A DNA stretch of 62,710 nt, filler included, from Globobulimina sp. (Eukaryota), in NCBI GenBank assembly GCA_003354225.1. It is 12 parts of 12 records of this genome, joined end to end, with 100 filler letters (N's around TTAATTAATTAA, not from the genome) between each part and the next. Parts side by side here need not be neighbours in the genome. Positions count along the whole stretch, not along the records: positions 31,438 to 36,571 come from PIVH01000704.1; positions 36,672 to 41,803 come from PIVH01000705.1; positions 41,904 to 47,030 come from PIVH01000707.1; 9 more parts are not named here. The stretch is one strand, 5' to 3'. A program made the translations under genes and the position numbers. Of the stretch, positions 32,521 to 44,482 are shown piece by piece. The notes under the pieces are model-generated. The model worked only from the letters and a program-made list of their open reading frames with translations. It had not been told where the DNA came from and did no database searches. Positions within the stretch are counted from its first letter, which is position 1, and each line of letters starts with the position of its first letter.

Positions 32521-34452
32521 TCATTTTCTTACCGAACCAGGTGAAATTTGATGTCTTGATAAATTAGATTTATAATTGGGTGACATAACAATCCCGAATG
32601 AACCACTATCATTTGACCAAACATTAGAATGGTATCTGGTGAAATATTTGCGTTTTATTTTTTTAGTTTTGGTATCATATAATACTTCTAAACAAACCTT
32701 TCCATTTGCAGATGCCAATGTTTCTGAATAATATCCATTTATTTGAAGACAACCTACATCTGCAGACTGATCAAACGCTGGTACTTTGAATATCGCCGAA
32801 CAATTCACCATATCATATTGGTTTGGTTTGTCACTATCGAATGTTGTGTGCGGATATTTTAATCGACGAAACTCTATATCATTTATTCGCACATCAATCA
32901 ATTTTTGACGAGCATGATGCGTTTGAAACATCAATTGGTGATTAATGATCTTACCAGAATGTAATAAAATATCTTCTTGCTTTTGATATGATATTAAATA
33001 GTATCCAGTTTGGCCACCAATTTGTGCAGATAATAAGCAGTAATAATCAAAAACATCACACTGTGTTAATTCATAATTTAAATCAGCAACATTATTCATT
33101 TTATTTATCACTTCAGTAACGAATTGTGGAATCTTGAAACATATTTTTGGTTTCCATTCTGCAGATGGCCACCACCTTTTGACAAAGTATTCAGTCTCAT
33201 TCAATCGAGATGCAATTATACTGCATTTTATTACACACCAATAACATAATTTAACTAAACCATTGAAAAAACTGACTAAACATGTACTATGATATAATTG
33301 ATGAACACCATCATTCACTACTTTCATTTTGATACAATTTGTAGTGCAACAACTCCATGCTTCAAACTTGTTTAAAAGAATATTGCACTCATCACTCATA
33401 CATTGGTTACCATGTGTCTTAACTTTTTTATCAGTCCAATATAACGCTCCAGCGGGAAGGCCAAGTACTGGATGATCAAACATTGAGGAATTATCAGTTG
33501 AACTAAACTCAAAATATGTTTTATTAATTTTATCAAATAATCTAATTTGAGGTACCTCATGTTTATTTCCACGATTTTCAATACATAAAGTCGGATCAAT
33601 TGCATACATCTGTTTTGTTTGAACATGAGTAGAAACAACACACGACATTTGTTCTGAAATAATGTTATTTGGAATGGATATAGGTGTTGTAGGTTGTATT
33701 TCCATGGATCTTTTTATTGCTTCATTCATTGCTAACCTTTCACAACGATATTTGTTGAAATAACGACACTTGTCGTTTGAAATATCTACCACATTATTAT
33801 TAATATTGTCTGACGATGATGTTGATTCATCTCCATTGTTGTTTGCTGTGTCTACCACATCTAATTTTCTTTCATCGAAAATTGAATCATCTTGATGATA
33901 TTTAGCCATGGAAAATACTACATTGTTGTTTACTGTATCTACCACCTTATTATTATTATTGTCTGACGGTGATGGTGACCTCGGATAAAATACTAATTTC
34001 CTTCTTTTGTGTGAGACATTATTATTATTAGTAATGTTTGATGGTAATGTGATAGTCGCAAAAGAATCTGCCTCCAATAATTTAGGTTTCTTTACGGGTG
34101 GTTCATCTGAAAATGAAGCATCTGATTTAAAATTGCGGTATACCTGTTTTTCAGAATCATCTTTGCTTTCCCATTCTTTTTTAAGTTGAGATACAAGAGT
34201 ACGAGTACAGCTTTTTTTTTTTCTGTTTAACTCTTGAAATAATAGACGAACAGTTAATGTTTCTAATTGTTGTTGTTTCACAGCTGTCACTGGCTGCCCT
34301 GTTACTTCTTTCAGTTGTTGCATTAAATACGTTTTGTATAATAAATGATAAAATTTATGTTTGCCCTGTTCATTACTGTTCGCTTGCCATCTAAAATATT
34401 GCTCAGAGATAGCATCTGATTGTTGCTCACAGATGCGCGCAGTAAAAGACAT
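32521..34452 (-). CDS. Chromatin-type protein with HMG-box-like and PHD-like domains
   Basis: LVSQLKKEWESKDDSEKQVY (HMG helix); C..C...CC..C...YHSTC...CYWC (C4HC3). Confidence 0.5.
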   Translation of the reverse strand: MSFTARICEQQSDAISEQYFRWQANSNEQGKHKFYHLLYKTYLMQQLKEVTGQPVTAVKQQQLETLTVRLLFQELNRKKKSCTRTLVSQLKKEWESKDDSEKQVYRNFKSDASFSDEPPVKKPKLLEADSFATITLPSNITNNNNVSHKRRKLVFYPRSPSPSDNNNNKVVDTVNNNVVFSMAKYHQDDSIFDERKLDVVDTANNNGDESTSSSDNINNNVVDISNDKCRYFNKYRCERLAMNEAIKRSMEIQPTTPISIPNNIISEQMSCVVSTHVQTKQMYAIDPTLCIENRGNKHEVPQIRLFDKINKTYFEFSSTDNSSMFDHPVLGLPAGALYWTDKKVKTHGNQCMSDECNILLNKFEAWSCCTTNCIKMKVVNDGVHQLYHSTCLVSFFNGLVKLCYWCVIKCSIIASRLNETEYFVKRWWPSAEWKPKICFKIPQFVTEVINKMNNVADLNYELTQCDVFDYYCLLSAQIGGQTGYYLISYQKQEDILLHSGKIINHQLMFQTHHARQKLIDVRINDIEFRRLKYPHTTFDSDKPNQYDMVNCSAIFKVPAFDQSADVGCLQINGYYSETLASANGKVCLEVLYDTKTKKIKRKYFTRYHSNVWSNDSGSFGIVMSPNYKSNLSRHQISPGSVRK

Positions 34453-34736
34453 CTTATTAACACTTTTTAATATTTGAAGATATGTTATTGCAACAATAGA
34501 AGATATATATAAAAATACAGATTATGATTATAATAATAGAAGATATGTACGGTTCATAATTATAGCTGACTAGGCTAATGAATAGATAGGGACTAGGATA
34601 TGCACTAGGCTGATGAAAATTATCAATTATTAAGGGAATTTATTATTATTAAGGGAATAATGTCAATAAAACAAGTTAATACATAAATAAGTGAAAAAAA
34701 CACATAAATAATATCAGGTTACAATATCATCTTTTT

Positions 34737-34873
34737 TTTTGTTGTTTTCATCTTCATTTCTAAGTAGCAAAATTGATGTATTGAATTTATTTGTTCCTTC
34801 TGCTTTTTTGTTGTTTTCATCCTCATTTCTAAGTAGCAAAATTGATGTATTGAATTTATTTGTTCCTTCTGCT
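34737..34873. repeat. 69-bp tandem duplication
   Basis: Encodes KAEGTNKFNTSILLLRNEDENNK twice on the minus strand. Confidence 0.85.
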
Positions 34874-35142
34874 TTGTGATGATCAAAATTTTGGTAAAAA
34901 GGAGTTATCATATTGCATTTCCGAAGCTGCAGATATTTATTGCATTTCCAATGTTGATCATCTACTTGTTCAATAGTCAAAGGCATAGTCAAAGATATGT
35001 CGTATTTTTATTTTTATTTTATCTGTTAGTAGTATAGGTCAGTATAGGATCAGACAGGAGAGAATAGGATAATAATAGAAGATATGTAGTATAAAAATAG
35101 ATTATGATTATAATAATAGAAGATATGTAAAGTTCATAATTA

Positions 35143-35472
35143 TCAAGTAGTCAAGTAATCAAGTAGTCAAGTAGTCAAGTTACAACTTACCTTGACTACT
35201 AACTTGACTAATTCACCTATAGCATATATATAAATGTGTGTTATATATGTGTTATATAGTTTAGTATTCCAGTAGTCAAGTAGTCAAGTAGTCAAGTTAC
35301 AACTTACCTTGACTACTAACTTGACTAATTCACCTATAGCATATATATATAAATATATATTATATATCACTATGATGACAACTTGACTACTAGACTACTT
35401 GACTACTTGACTACTATGTGCACATTTGTTATGAGATGGAACACATGGCAGTAGTCAAGTAGTCAAGTAGTC
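35143..35472. repeat. CAAGTAGT direct/inverted octamer arrays with a duplicated ~80-bp block
   Basis: TCAAGTAG runs plus inverted ACTACTTG; block CAAGTTACAACTTACCTTGACTACTAACTTGACTAATTCACCTATAGCATAT occurs twice. Confidence 0.9.
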
Positions 35473-35497
35473 ATCTGTTATTATATGGAAAATCTGC

Positions 35498-36571
35498 CAC
35501 AAAATAGCCAGTCACGCCAATAATGGTTATAATGGATATAAATTTGGGCAGCGGATAATAGTCAATCATCACAAATAATTGATTCTGTGCTTCCAAACAT
35601 GATATTCGAGTATACGTTCCATCGCTGATTGCTCCGATTTCGTCCTGGTTGTAATTAACAAGACAAGTGTCTGGATCATAGCAATCGTCGCCGAGGCCTG
35701 CTTCCATGGCATTCAGTTCCAATAAGAGCCCTAAGCCGCCCATAATGGTGGTCCAGACACAGGTGACAATGCTGGGAACCATCATGTTTCCAATGATAAA
35801 TTGGCGCACTGTTCTGCCTCTCGATATTTCCGCAATGAATATGCCGACAAACGGAGACCAGGCAATCCACCACGACCAATAAAACACGCTCCAAGTACCC
35901 ATCCATGTGCGTGGATTGCTATCATTATCAAATCCAGCCTGCTCAAACGAGTCTGTGTCGCTGAATATTACCGGAAGTTCTTGGATATGGAAACCTGTGG
36001 TTTCTACCAACAGATTTAACAGAAAAAAGGTGTCGCCGGCAAAAAATAAATAGACCAACAACGAGCAGCCAAAGAAGAAATTCAGTTCAGATATCAGCTT
36101 AATTCCCTTATCCACGCCGCTTAGAACTGAAATGGTGGCAAATGCGGTGATGACCCATATGATAATTAGTTGGGTGGTGATGTTGTTGGCACCGCATCTT
36201 CGCCAAACACCAACGAAATTCCTGCATTTAACTGCAATGTCCCTAAACCTAAAGACGTGCACAAACCAAACATTGTAGCGACCACCGCCAGAATATCGAT
36301 AATATCACCTGCTATGCCATAGATTTTGTCGCCAATCAACGGGTAAAAACTAGTTTAAATATAGACATTCAATGGTTTTGATTTTGCAAATTGGTAAAAG
36401 AAGTTCAATGAAACAATACCAAGTTCGCATCGTCATTGGCATATCATGTTTATGCGCCAAGTAACCGACTGTCAAACCAACCAAACAATAAATAGACAAC
36501 GCAGCAAATCCGCCGTGAAACCATGCCAGATTTAGACCAGCAATGGCTTGTAATTGTGTGGGTAAATAAGA
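35498..36571 (-). pseudogene. BCCT (betaine/carnitine/choline) transporter pseudogene; intron 36350-36419
   Basis: PMTMRTC|FYPLIG, ATMFGLCTSLGLG, WSVFYWSWWIAWSPFVGIFIAEISRGRT. There is a 1-nt frameshift near 36190 and a break after GYFV where TSxDS is expected. Confidence 0.85.
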
Positions 36572-36671
36572 NNNNNNNNNNNNNNNNNNNNNNNNNNNNN
36601 NNNNNNNNNNNNNNNTTAATTAATTAANNNNNNNNNNNNNNNNNNNNNNNNNNNNNNNNNNNNNNNNNNNN

Positions 36672-37395
36672 AGAATTGTTTATCATACATTGAGTGGAGG
36701 ATATTCCATTTGGTATATTGTAAGTTATCAGAGATAAGAGTTAGATCAATACATGACTTTGCTCCGCATGATCTGTGTATATGTGTATATGATGGATTAT
36801 TAATATTTAGGATTTGCATATTCATAAAATGTAATCCATCAATGAAATTATTTGATTCTGTCGTGGATCGGTTGCTGCCCCAAACTACATTCGGGATATT
36901 GAAATCTCCGGCGATGATATTGCGGTCAACAGTTAATGGATAATTAAACATTTGATCTATATCTGGATTTTTTGGACAATTATATAGCGAATGGATGCCA
37001 ATGTGTTGGTCGCCACTGTGTAGGATAACACTTGTAATGTGGCAATTTTTTGTGCGATCGGAATGGTTATAATTTGTAGTCGGATGTATCGGAGTTATAT
37101 TTAATGTTTTACGGTACAGAATTGCTGTTTCTGTACCAACGTGATGGACTTTATAATTTGGGAAAAATTGGATTGGGAATTTTATGGCATGTGTTTTATT
37201 GTGCTTATCTGTATAGTGCTTTTGTGTTGGATTTAATGCATATCGAAGGGTGGCACTCCACTCTTGTAATAGCAGGAAATCTATTTGTTTGGATTGGATT
37301 ATTTGATTCAGTCTTTCACATTTTGCTGTTTGTGTCATTTTAGAGGGGCTAATGATGCCACTCACATTATATTGCAATATTTTATATTTTACCAT
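36672..37395 (-). mobile_element. Non-LTR retrotransposon APE endonuclease ORF (truncated at contig edge)
   Basis: ILQYNVSG, LLQEW, IIAGDFN, SCIDLTL. Confidence 0.85.
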
Positions 37396-38249
37396 TGTTT
37401 ATGTGATATTGGATGCATTTTTGGTAAATTTTTATTAGTTTGGTTAAAATCCAATCCGTTTTTATGTCCCAACATAAAAACAGATGGTAAAATAGTTGTT
37501 AACATTTTAGTTTTGGTGGTGTTGAAAAACACCTGGTAATTAATTAGTTTTTCATTTTTGTTCATCAGTTTTACTATCGACTGATAAGGAATGGCCTCAG
37601 TTTGCAAAAAGCAAAACATGAATCCCATTTTTATCATGAGTATCGATAGTTTAATTAAATAAATGGTCTCAGTTTGTATTATTAAACAAGCTCTGAATCC
37701 CGTAGTTATTATGGAGAATTTGGTTGAAGATACTTTAATTCGACTATGCGCATTTGCGCGACAATTACTTTCGGTGCATTCTGTATTTGTTGTTGGTGAT
37801 GTTTGTGTACATTGTTGTGGTGTTACACAATCACTTTCCGTTCCAATGGTTCCATTTAATTCATTGGACAGTTGTTTAAATTGATGGGTTGTAAGATTGC
37901 TTGATTTTGCCTGATTTGGTGTGGATTTGATCATAATCGATACAGCGAAATTGCGTATATTTGAAACTGCGAAATTGCGGAATTGTTTTGTGTTCATTGG
38001 ATGGGTTGTATTTGGTGCATTATTTGGTGATTGATTTGTAGTATTTGTTGTGGATTGACGCGATGTCATATGTACCACATGACTTGTTGGGGAATTCATT
38101 TGTGATGGTGATACATATAATTTATCACCATATGATTTTTTAATTAGGGAACTGATTGAATTATTTGAGTGTGATGATACGATGGCTAAGAATAGTACGA
38201 TGGCTAAGAGCGATCTCAACAAGTTTGCATGGCAAGGTGCCATTGTCAT
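37389..38249 (-). CDS. Possible ORF1/leader of the minus-strand retroelement
   Basis: 286-aa low-complexity ORF overlapping the APE start codon; no recognisable domain. Confidence 0.3.
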   Translation of the reverse strand: MTMAPCHANLLRSLLAIVLFLAIVSSHSNNSISSLIKKSYGDKLYVSPSQMNSPTSHVVHMTSRQSTTNTTNQSPNNAPNTTHPMNTKQFRNFAVSNIRNFAVSIMIKSTPNQAKSSNLTTHQFKQLSNELNGTIGTESDCVTPQQCTQTSPTTNTECTESNCRANAHSRIKVSSTKFSIITTGFRACLIIQTETIYLIKLSILMIKMGFMFCFLQTEAIPYQSIVKLMNKNEKLINYQVFFNTTKTKMLTTILPSVFMLGHKNGLDFNQTNKNLPKMHPISHKQW

Positions 38250-38274
38250 AGTAATTGATTTCTTAAAGTTTTGA

Positions 38275-40776
38275 AGAATATGTCAATGGAACATTGACGG
38301 CTTTTCAAACAATATACGATCGCATATTCATTATATAGTTTTGACGAAAAAGCCGGACGTATTTATCTTGCAAGAAACGTATAAGTTTTATGATGAGAAT
38401 GAAGCAGAGTTTGTATTGAATATGAAAAATTATAAAACATTTACAAATAAGAAGAGTGGTTACGGCAAAGTGATAACGTTGCTACGTAACGGCATACATC
38501 ACGAACGAGTAAATGTGCAATTTAAACATAACAAAGACATCGATAAGAAAGTAAAACAATTGAATTTGAATAATGTGCAGTATGAAAGAAGGAGGAAACT
38601 GCTGTTAATGTCGAAATTATATATTTTGACGTTGAAAATATGCGATAAGGATATAGGACAAGCATTTATTATAAATAACTATTATCGGCCTCAAAATGGT
38701 GAACCTGGGTCGGACATAGATTTATTAACGAGATATTTGGATAAGTTGTTGCTGAGAAATGATTGCAAACAATTTCCGATATTTGTTGGTGGCGATATGA
38801 ACGCTCACAACAATGCATGGTTTGAGGGACATATTAGACCCTCGAAAGCAGCAAATAATGGCTCAATTTTAGCGGATTGGATTTATAATAATAAATGGCA
38901 TATATTGAACGATAAAAAACCGACAAGAATACGAAATAAGCAAAGGACGGCCCCGGATGTTACATTTATTAATGGGAAAACAAGAAGGGATGATTGGGAA
39001 TTTTGGGCTGAGGACTTTACACATTTTGAGTCAAATAAGTATTTCTCAGATCATTTGATGCTATTTTCTTATTATAACAAGGGCAGACTATATGAAATAG
39101 AGCTGCCTGAATTTGCAATAAAAACAGGAACAGATAGAAATTGGGATAAATGGAAAAATGAATTAGCAGAAAATGTCGATGAATGGTATGAAAATCATGG
39201 TAAATATATGAATAAATTGATTGACCAATACTTATTAATTTATGGTAATGGAAATTGTGATATTAATCGAGATTACTTATTAGATTTTGCAGGTATTACA
39301 AAGGACGACATATTAGATGCAGTTAATGATTTTTTTAAGCACAGAATCGTGGACACATCCATTGACATTCTGGGATTACGAAAAAAAACAATTGGAAATG
39401 ATAAGCCGTGGCTTACGTTGAAAATGAGAAACGCGTTAAAAGATTATGTATGTTACAAAGAGAGATTTAAAGCATTTAATAAAAGAAAGAAGAAGGCATT
39501 GAAATATATTTTGATTGAAAAGAAGAGAATAAGCGACGATCTGTGCGATGGTGGAAGAAGAGCATGGATCAAAGACGAAATTAGAAATTTTAGCAACAAT
39601 GGAATGATGCCATGGAAAAAGATTAATAATATCATAAAATATGATAATAAGTCAACAAAAGATATACCGGTTTGGATGAATAAAGATGGCTCAGTAAACT
39701 CTGCCAAATCGATCGATAAAGCTAATAATTGCATGGCATATCTCCATAGATTTGATGACGATGAAATGGAGCAAGAAAATGATGAAAACGATGGAGACAT
39801 TGAATTCGATAAAATTATCAAAGATTATAATAAGATAAATCAGAAACGGTTTGGGACTGAAGAGCATGATAAGAATCTGAAAGTTCTAAATTCGATTTTA
39901 GATTTGGATGAAGTGGAACCGCTCATAATGTCATTTATGAAAGGTAAGGCAAATAATAATGACAAGTCGAATTATATATTGTTACAAAATGGAATTGAAA
40001 TAATCAAACAAGGTCTATATATCTGCTATAATTCATTGTTTATTATGGGCATAAGAGAGCTCTCTATGAATATTAGAGACATTACAGTGATTTTAAAATC
40101 TGGCAAACCGGCAAAATATATGGATAGTTATAGACCGGTGTCGTTATTATCGAGTTGCAGCAATCCGTATGATAAATGGATGGCGTCTAAGTATTTGAAA
40201 TATGGCATAAAAATGAAGATAATTAAACCGCGACACTTTGGATTTGTTAAAGGTTTAGGATGCGTGGATGCGATTGCTTTAATTGTGGAAAAAATTTGGA
40301 ATAACAGAATAAGAAAGAAAGATACGCACATTTTATTTATTGACTTTAAAGCAGCATTTGATACGATACAACACAGAATAATATTGGAATGCATTCGAGT
40401 TAATATAGGTATTACAGGCTTCGCGTACGAATATTTATTCGTGGCATTAGAGTTTAGATGGGGTCGTGTGAAGATATATGGATTTTATTGTGCGTGGAGA
40501 CAAGATATTTGTGGCGTACCTCAGGGATGGCCGCCGTCATCGATATTATTTATATTCTTTACAATTGAATTTGATGCGATTAATGGCTTAAGGATTGGAC
40601 TGATTATCGTTGGCTATGCCGATGACAACACAGTACTTTCAGATGGAACGGTGAGTGGAGAAGAATTAAAAGCAAATATTCAATTTGCTATAAATTACAT
40701 CTCGTACATTCCAAAGCACCAAACAAAAGATATTTGTAATGTAAAAGCACAAAACAAAAGATGGCAGTTCCCATAA
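38275..40776 (+). mobile_element. Non-LTR retrotransposon ORF2 (APE + reverse transcriptase), 3'-truncated
   Basis: ICQWNIDG (upstream of the annotated start), LQET, GGDMNAH, SDH; YRPVSLLS, IDFKAAFD, GVPQG, YADD; RT similarity ends about 40700. Confidence 0.92.
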
Positions 40777-40850
40777 ACCATTGACAACTATATTTCACTG
40801 CATTAAATACAAAATGAAAGATGATTACAAGACAGCAGCAAATATGAAAT

Positions 40851-41075
40851 GACTCAGTAGCTCAATGATAGAGCGTGTGTCGGCTGTTCCACCCAACAAA
40901 AACTCAACATTGATTTTTTCAAACAATCCATTATGATTATTTGCAGTAATAATACGACATTATATTGCAATTCAAATTAATTTCTAAACTCATTGTTGCT
41001 CAACATAGAGATGCTCCAAATTAAATGTTGTGGTTATAACTCACATGAATGTAGGTTTGAGTCCAACCTGAGTCA
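40851..41075 (+). tRNA. tRNA-Asn(GTT)-like gene or pseudogene interrupted by a ~150-nt insert
   Basis: Acceptor stem GACTCAG/CTGAGTC+A; D-arm GCTC..GAGC; CT-GTT at 40884-40888; T-arm GTAGG-TTTGAGT-CCAAC. Confidence 0.55.
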
Positions 41076-41363
41076 GCATTGTAAAATTCTTCTTTTGCAC
41101 ATCCGTTTAAATCGCAAATTAAAAACGCCATTTATTTATGTGTGTAAGTAGTAAAAGTATGGCATGTTATTTAATTGTATCTATTTTTTTGTAATATTTT
41201 GCTTTTTTAACTCGCTTCCTCCTCATTACGACCATTCGCATCATCTTCAAATATGTGATATGCACCACATGGTGTATTACTAGTATATAGATTTCTTAGT
41301 ATTAATGTTACTAAATATAATCCTCACTGAAAAACCACAAGTGCCTAGTAGTGTTGATCCAAC

Positions 41364-41803
41364 ATGAATTACACTCCAACTCGAAATACAATTATAGGTG
41401 TCTCGTTGGCTGTTGTTGGCGTAACGGTGCAATCGGGAGGTTTTGTTTTGCAGAAATTGGGACATAATCAAGTAAATGCTGATAATACAGCTAAACATAA
41501 ATACAGACAAACATCTGTCCTTACAAAATGTGTGTGGTGGCTAGGAATCATCATATATTCAGTGGGCTATATTATGCATTGTTTATCCTTATTTTATGCA
41601 ACACAATCGATGATAGTGCCAGTAAGTGCATTAAACGTGTTGACAATAACAATACGCTCACCATTGTCGATCAAGTGCAAAGATATTATTGCAACCTTCA
41701 TTTTAGTTATAGGAATTTCAATGGTGGTGATATTCGGTCCCACACAAGATACTAATTTGGATATTGATGATATTAGAGATTATTTTAAAGGGAAACCATT
41801 TAT
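41364..41803 (+). CDS. NIPA: NIPA-family Mg2+ transporter, truncated
   Basis: GFVLQKLGH, WWLGIIIYSVG, ATQSMIVPVSALNVL, VVIFGP. Confidence 0.75.
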
Positions 41804-42029
41804 NNNNNNNNNNNNNNNNNNNNNNNNNNNNNNNNNNNNNNNNNNNNTTAATTAATTAANNNNNNNNNNNNNNNNNNNNNNNNNNNNNNNNNNNNNNNNN
41901 NNNGTTAATGTGCTGGGTAAAAATCGCTGAATACGTGTTAAACCCGCTAAAAGTGCCGTACTTAAAACACCATAAATTAACAATAAAATCGCTAAGCCCA
42001 CCACAAAGACCAAAGACAAAATTAAGTTT

Positions 42030-44387
42030 TTGGTTAATAAAAAGGCCAGAGCCACCATCATGGTAACGGCCAATACCATTGAGAAATTAGCAGCTTTGCT
42101 ATCAATTTGCGAGCAGCATAGTAATAATTGGGCGTACAATTTCAACGCCAAGAAGTGCAAAGCCATGATCTATAATGACCCCTCAATCCTCACTAATAAT
42201 ACGCACCATTACAACACCGCGCAAAAAACCAAAATAACCATTGAATATCACTCCAAAATCCAGAATCTTACCCACAAGCAAGCCCCAATGGTACTAATAC
42301 ACAAATCCAAGAAAAATGAAGTGACGGCCATCGATATTGACGGTCTGATTTGCTCCTATGGCTCAGACGAAATACCAACTGAAATATTGAAATCATTTAA
42401 ATCACACTGCAGTTACTACAAAAATAAAATCTCAAACAAACCGTATCATATAATATGGGACAATACCATCCGAGATGATTCTTGGTCAATCACGAAAATG
42501 CACCATCACTGCAAAATGAATAACAAACCGCTACAAATTGTGACTTTCTTGCGCTACCTTGGCGCGCATCTCTGTTCGTACGACGTAGACAATTTAGTCT
42601 CCACGACTTGCACCAACAACGTCTTTCTCAATAAACTAGATCAGAAAGCAAGACTCCTTTCACAGCTGGATTTTAACCATGATTTTATCTCACTAAGTGA
42701 CAAAATACGGCTACTCAAAACTTTTTATTTAGTTTATACTGAAATTTTTGCACAAGTTCTGGATTGCAAAGCAATAAACTTATCAGCTGCTCGCGAGAAG
42801 CAAATCAACGTAATCCACAAACACACCAAAATAAAAAACTTCGTTTTTGAACAATTTTCAATATTCACCGGTATCCCTTCACCTCACGAACGTTGGGTGG
42901 TCCTCAAGCTCGCTTTCTATTGGAAACTCCGTAAAAATAAACCGATTTCGTATATGCACATTTGGTCCTCCCTCCCAAACATTGATCAATATACTCTTTA
43001 CAAACAGTACATTGCTATGAAGAACGAATGGCTCCCCAATGAAATCCGCATTGAAAACAACATTCCAGTCTCCATTGACATCTTTAATAAAGTCCGTGGT
43101 CCCGATGAATTACGTCCCATTGTCGTATTAAAACAACACCGTAACTTAGTGACCACCTTCAATGACAAACATCCTTTAAAGATCCTAAAACACCATCTCT
43201 CCGATTACAAAGCCATGAATACCTATGAGGTCCAGGACTTGGCAGATTATGTGAACAAACAAATGGTGCTCCAATACCGTGAATTATTTTATTTCTTTAA
43301 CCAAAAACCGAATCATTGTGCGCTCTGCCAAAAACAAACCCTTTTTCCAATCGAATATCATCTTTGTATCAGCTGCCCCATACTACAACATTTCCGATAC
43401 TCATATTGGAATAACGCCAGATATAATCTTTCCAAAATTGGCTCAAAAATAAACAGATGCCATAACCAGATATTCATGCAAAGGGTAATCGAGTTCTGCT
43501 CCGATGTCCGAACAAATAATGATGAACATTGGAAACTACTGTGCGGTGCCAATTCCTTTAATGAAAAGAAACTCCATTTTGCGTATATCCATCATCCCAT
43601 TGACATCTCACATGCCAGGAATACCTTCTATAAATGCATTATATCCCTGACACACCGTTACATTGATTATATTTATCGCATACATAACAACCAGATAACA
43701 CTCCAACACTGCTGCAACAAATTCAGTCCAATATATGACAAACAAATCATACACCATACACGTTGTGATACAATCCAAGAATGGTACAATTATCAAAATA
43801 GAATCCATTACTCTGACATCCTAATCGCCACAGATTCTTCGAGTGAAGATAATCGCACCGGAATTGGTATCATGATCAGAGATCGCCATATCATACACTG
43901 CTATGCCCAGCCAATCGGCTCCCAAACAAATCACCACGGCGAACTGTTAGCAATTGGCAAAACAAAGCACTTCCTAAAATTCTGTAAAATAGATTGCAGC
44001 AAAAGGCGAATCATCTTATTCACAGATTCCATGACAAACTTTGCTTCCTTAATAGTCACCCCACGTAACATTAAAAAATTAACCTATGCTGCATTATTCA
44101 AGGAAACACAAAATCACATCATTGCAACCAAAATGATCCTCTGGAAAATAAAATCGCACACCAAACCCAAAGAACAAATCTATAATCTAATAGCTGACAG
44201 ATTAGCCTACATTGGCAGAATCCATCCAAATAACAGCAACTTAATCATTCCCAGTGCTAATTCAATCCAATTTGCCAAATACAAAAGTTTCCGTTTGCCA
44301 TATGGAACTAGTCATGAATCCCTTTATAACCTCACGGGGATGTTCCAGCAATCCGTGAGCCTGGAGTCGGACTTACGTCCTGACTGA
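42030..44387 (+). mobile_element. Non-LTR retrotransposon 3' part: RT thumb, CCHC-type zinc finger and RNase H
   Basis: LLSICEQHS..FNAKKC, RYLG, CALC..HLCISCP; RNase H motifs ATDSS, GELLAI, FTDS, KSH..NLIADRLA. YADD is missing (5'-truncated). Confidence 0.88.
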
Positions 44388-44482
44388 ATTTTGTACCACT
44401 ACTAAGATTTAAAACAGCTTAAATAAATGTTTTTGTTTGGACAGGATTAATAAATGCGAATACCGGTTTGTGGTTCAAATTG

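Larger units (their letters stand above)
31438..35497 (-). mobile_element. Unclassified repeat-bounded element carrying an HMG+PHD ORF, abutting a BCCT gene
   Basis: Satellite and hairpins at one end; CAAGTAGT/ACTACTTG arrays at the other; BCCT reading frame breaks at the junction. Confidence 0.5.

Noticed and set aside
35143-35472. CAAGTAGT repeats as a CRISPR array
   Set aside because: These are tandem and inverted octamers without regular unique spacers
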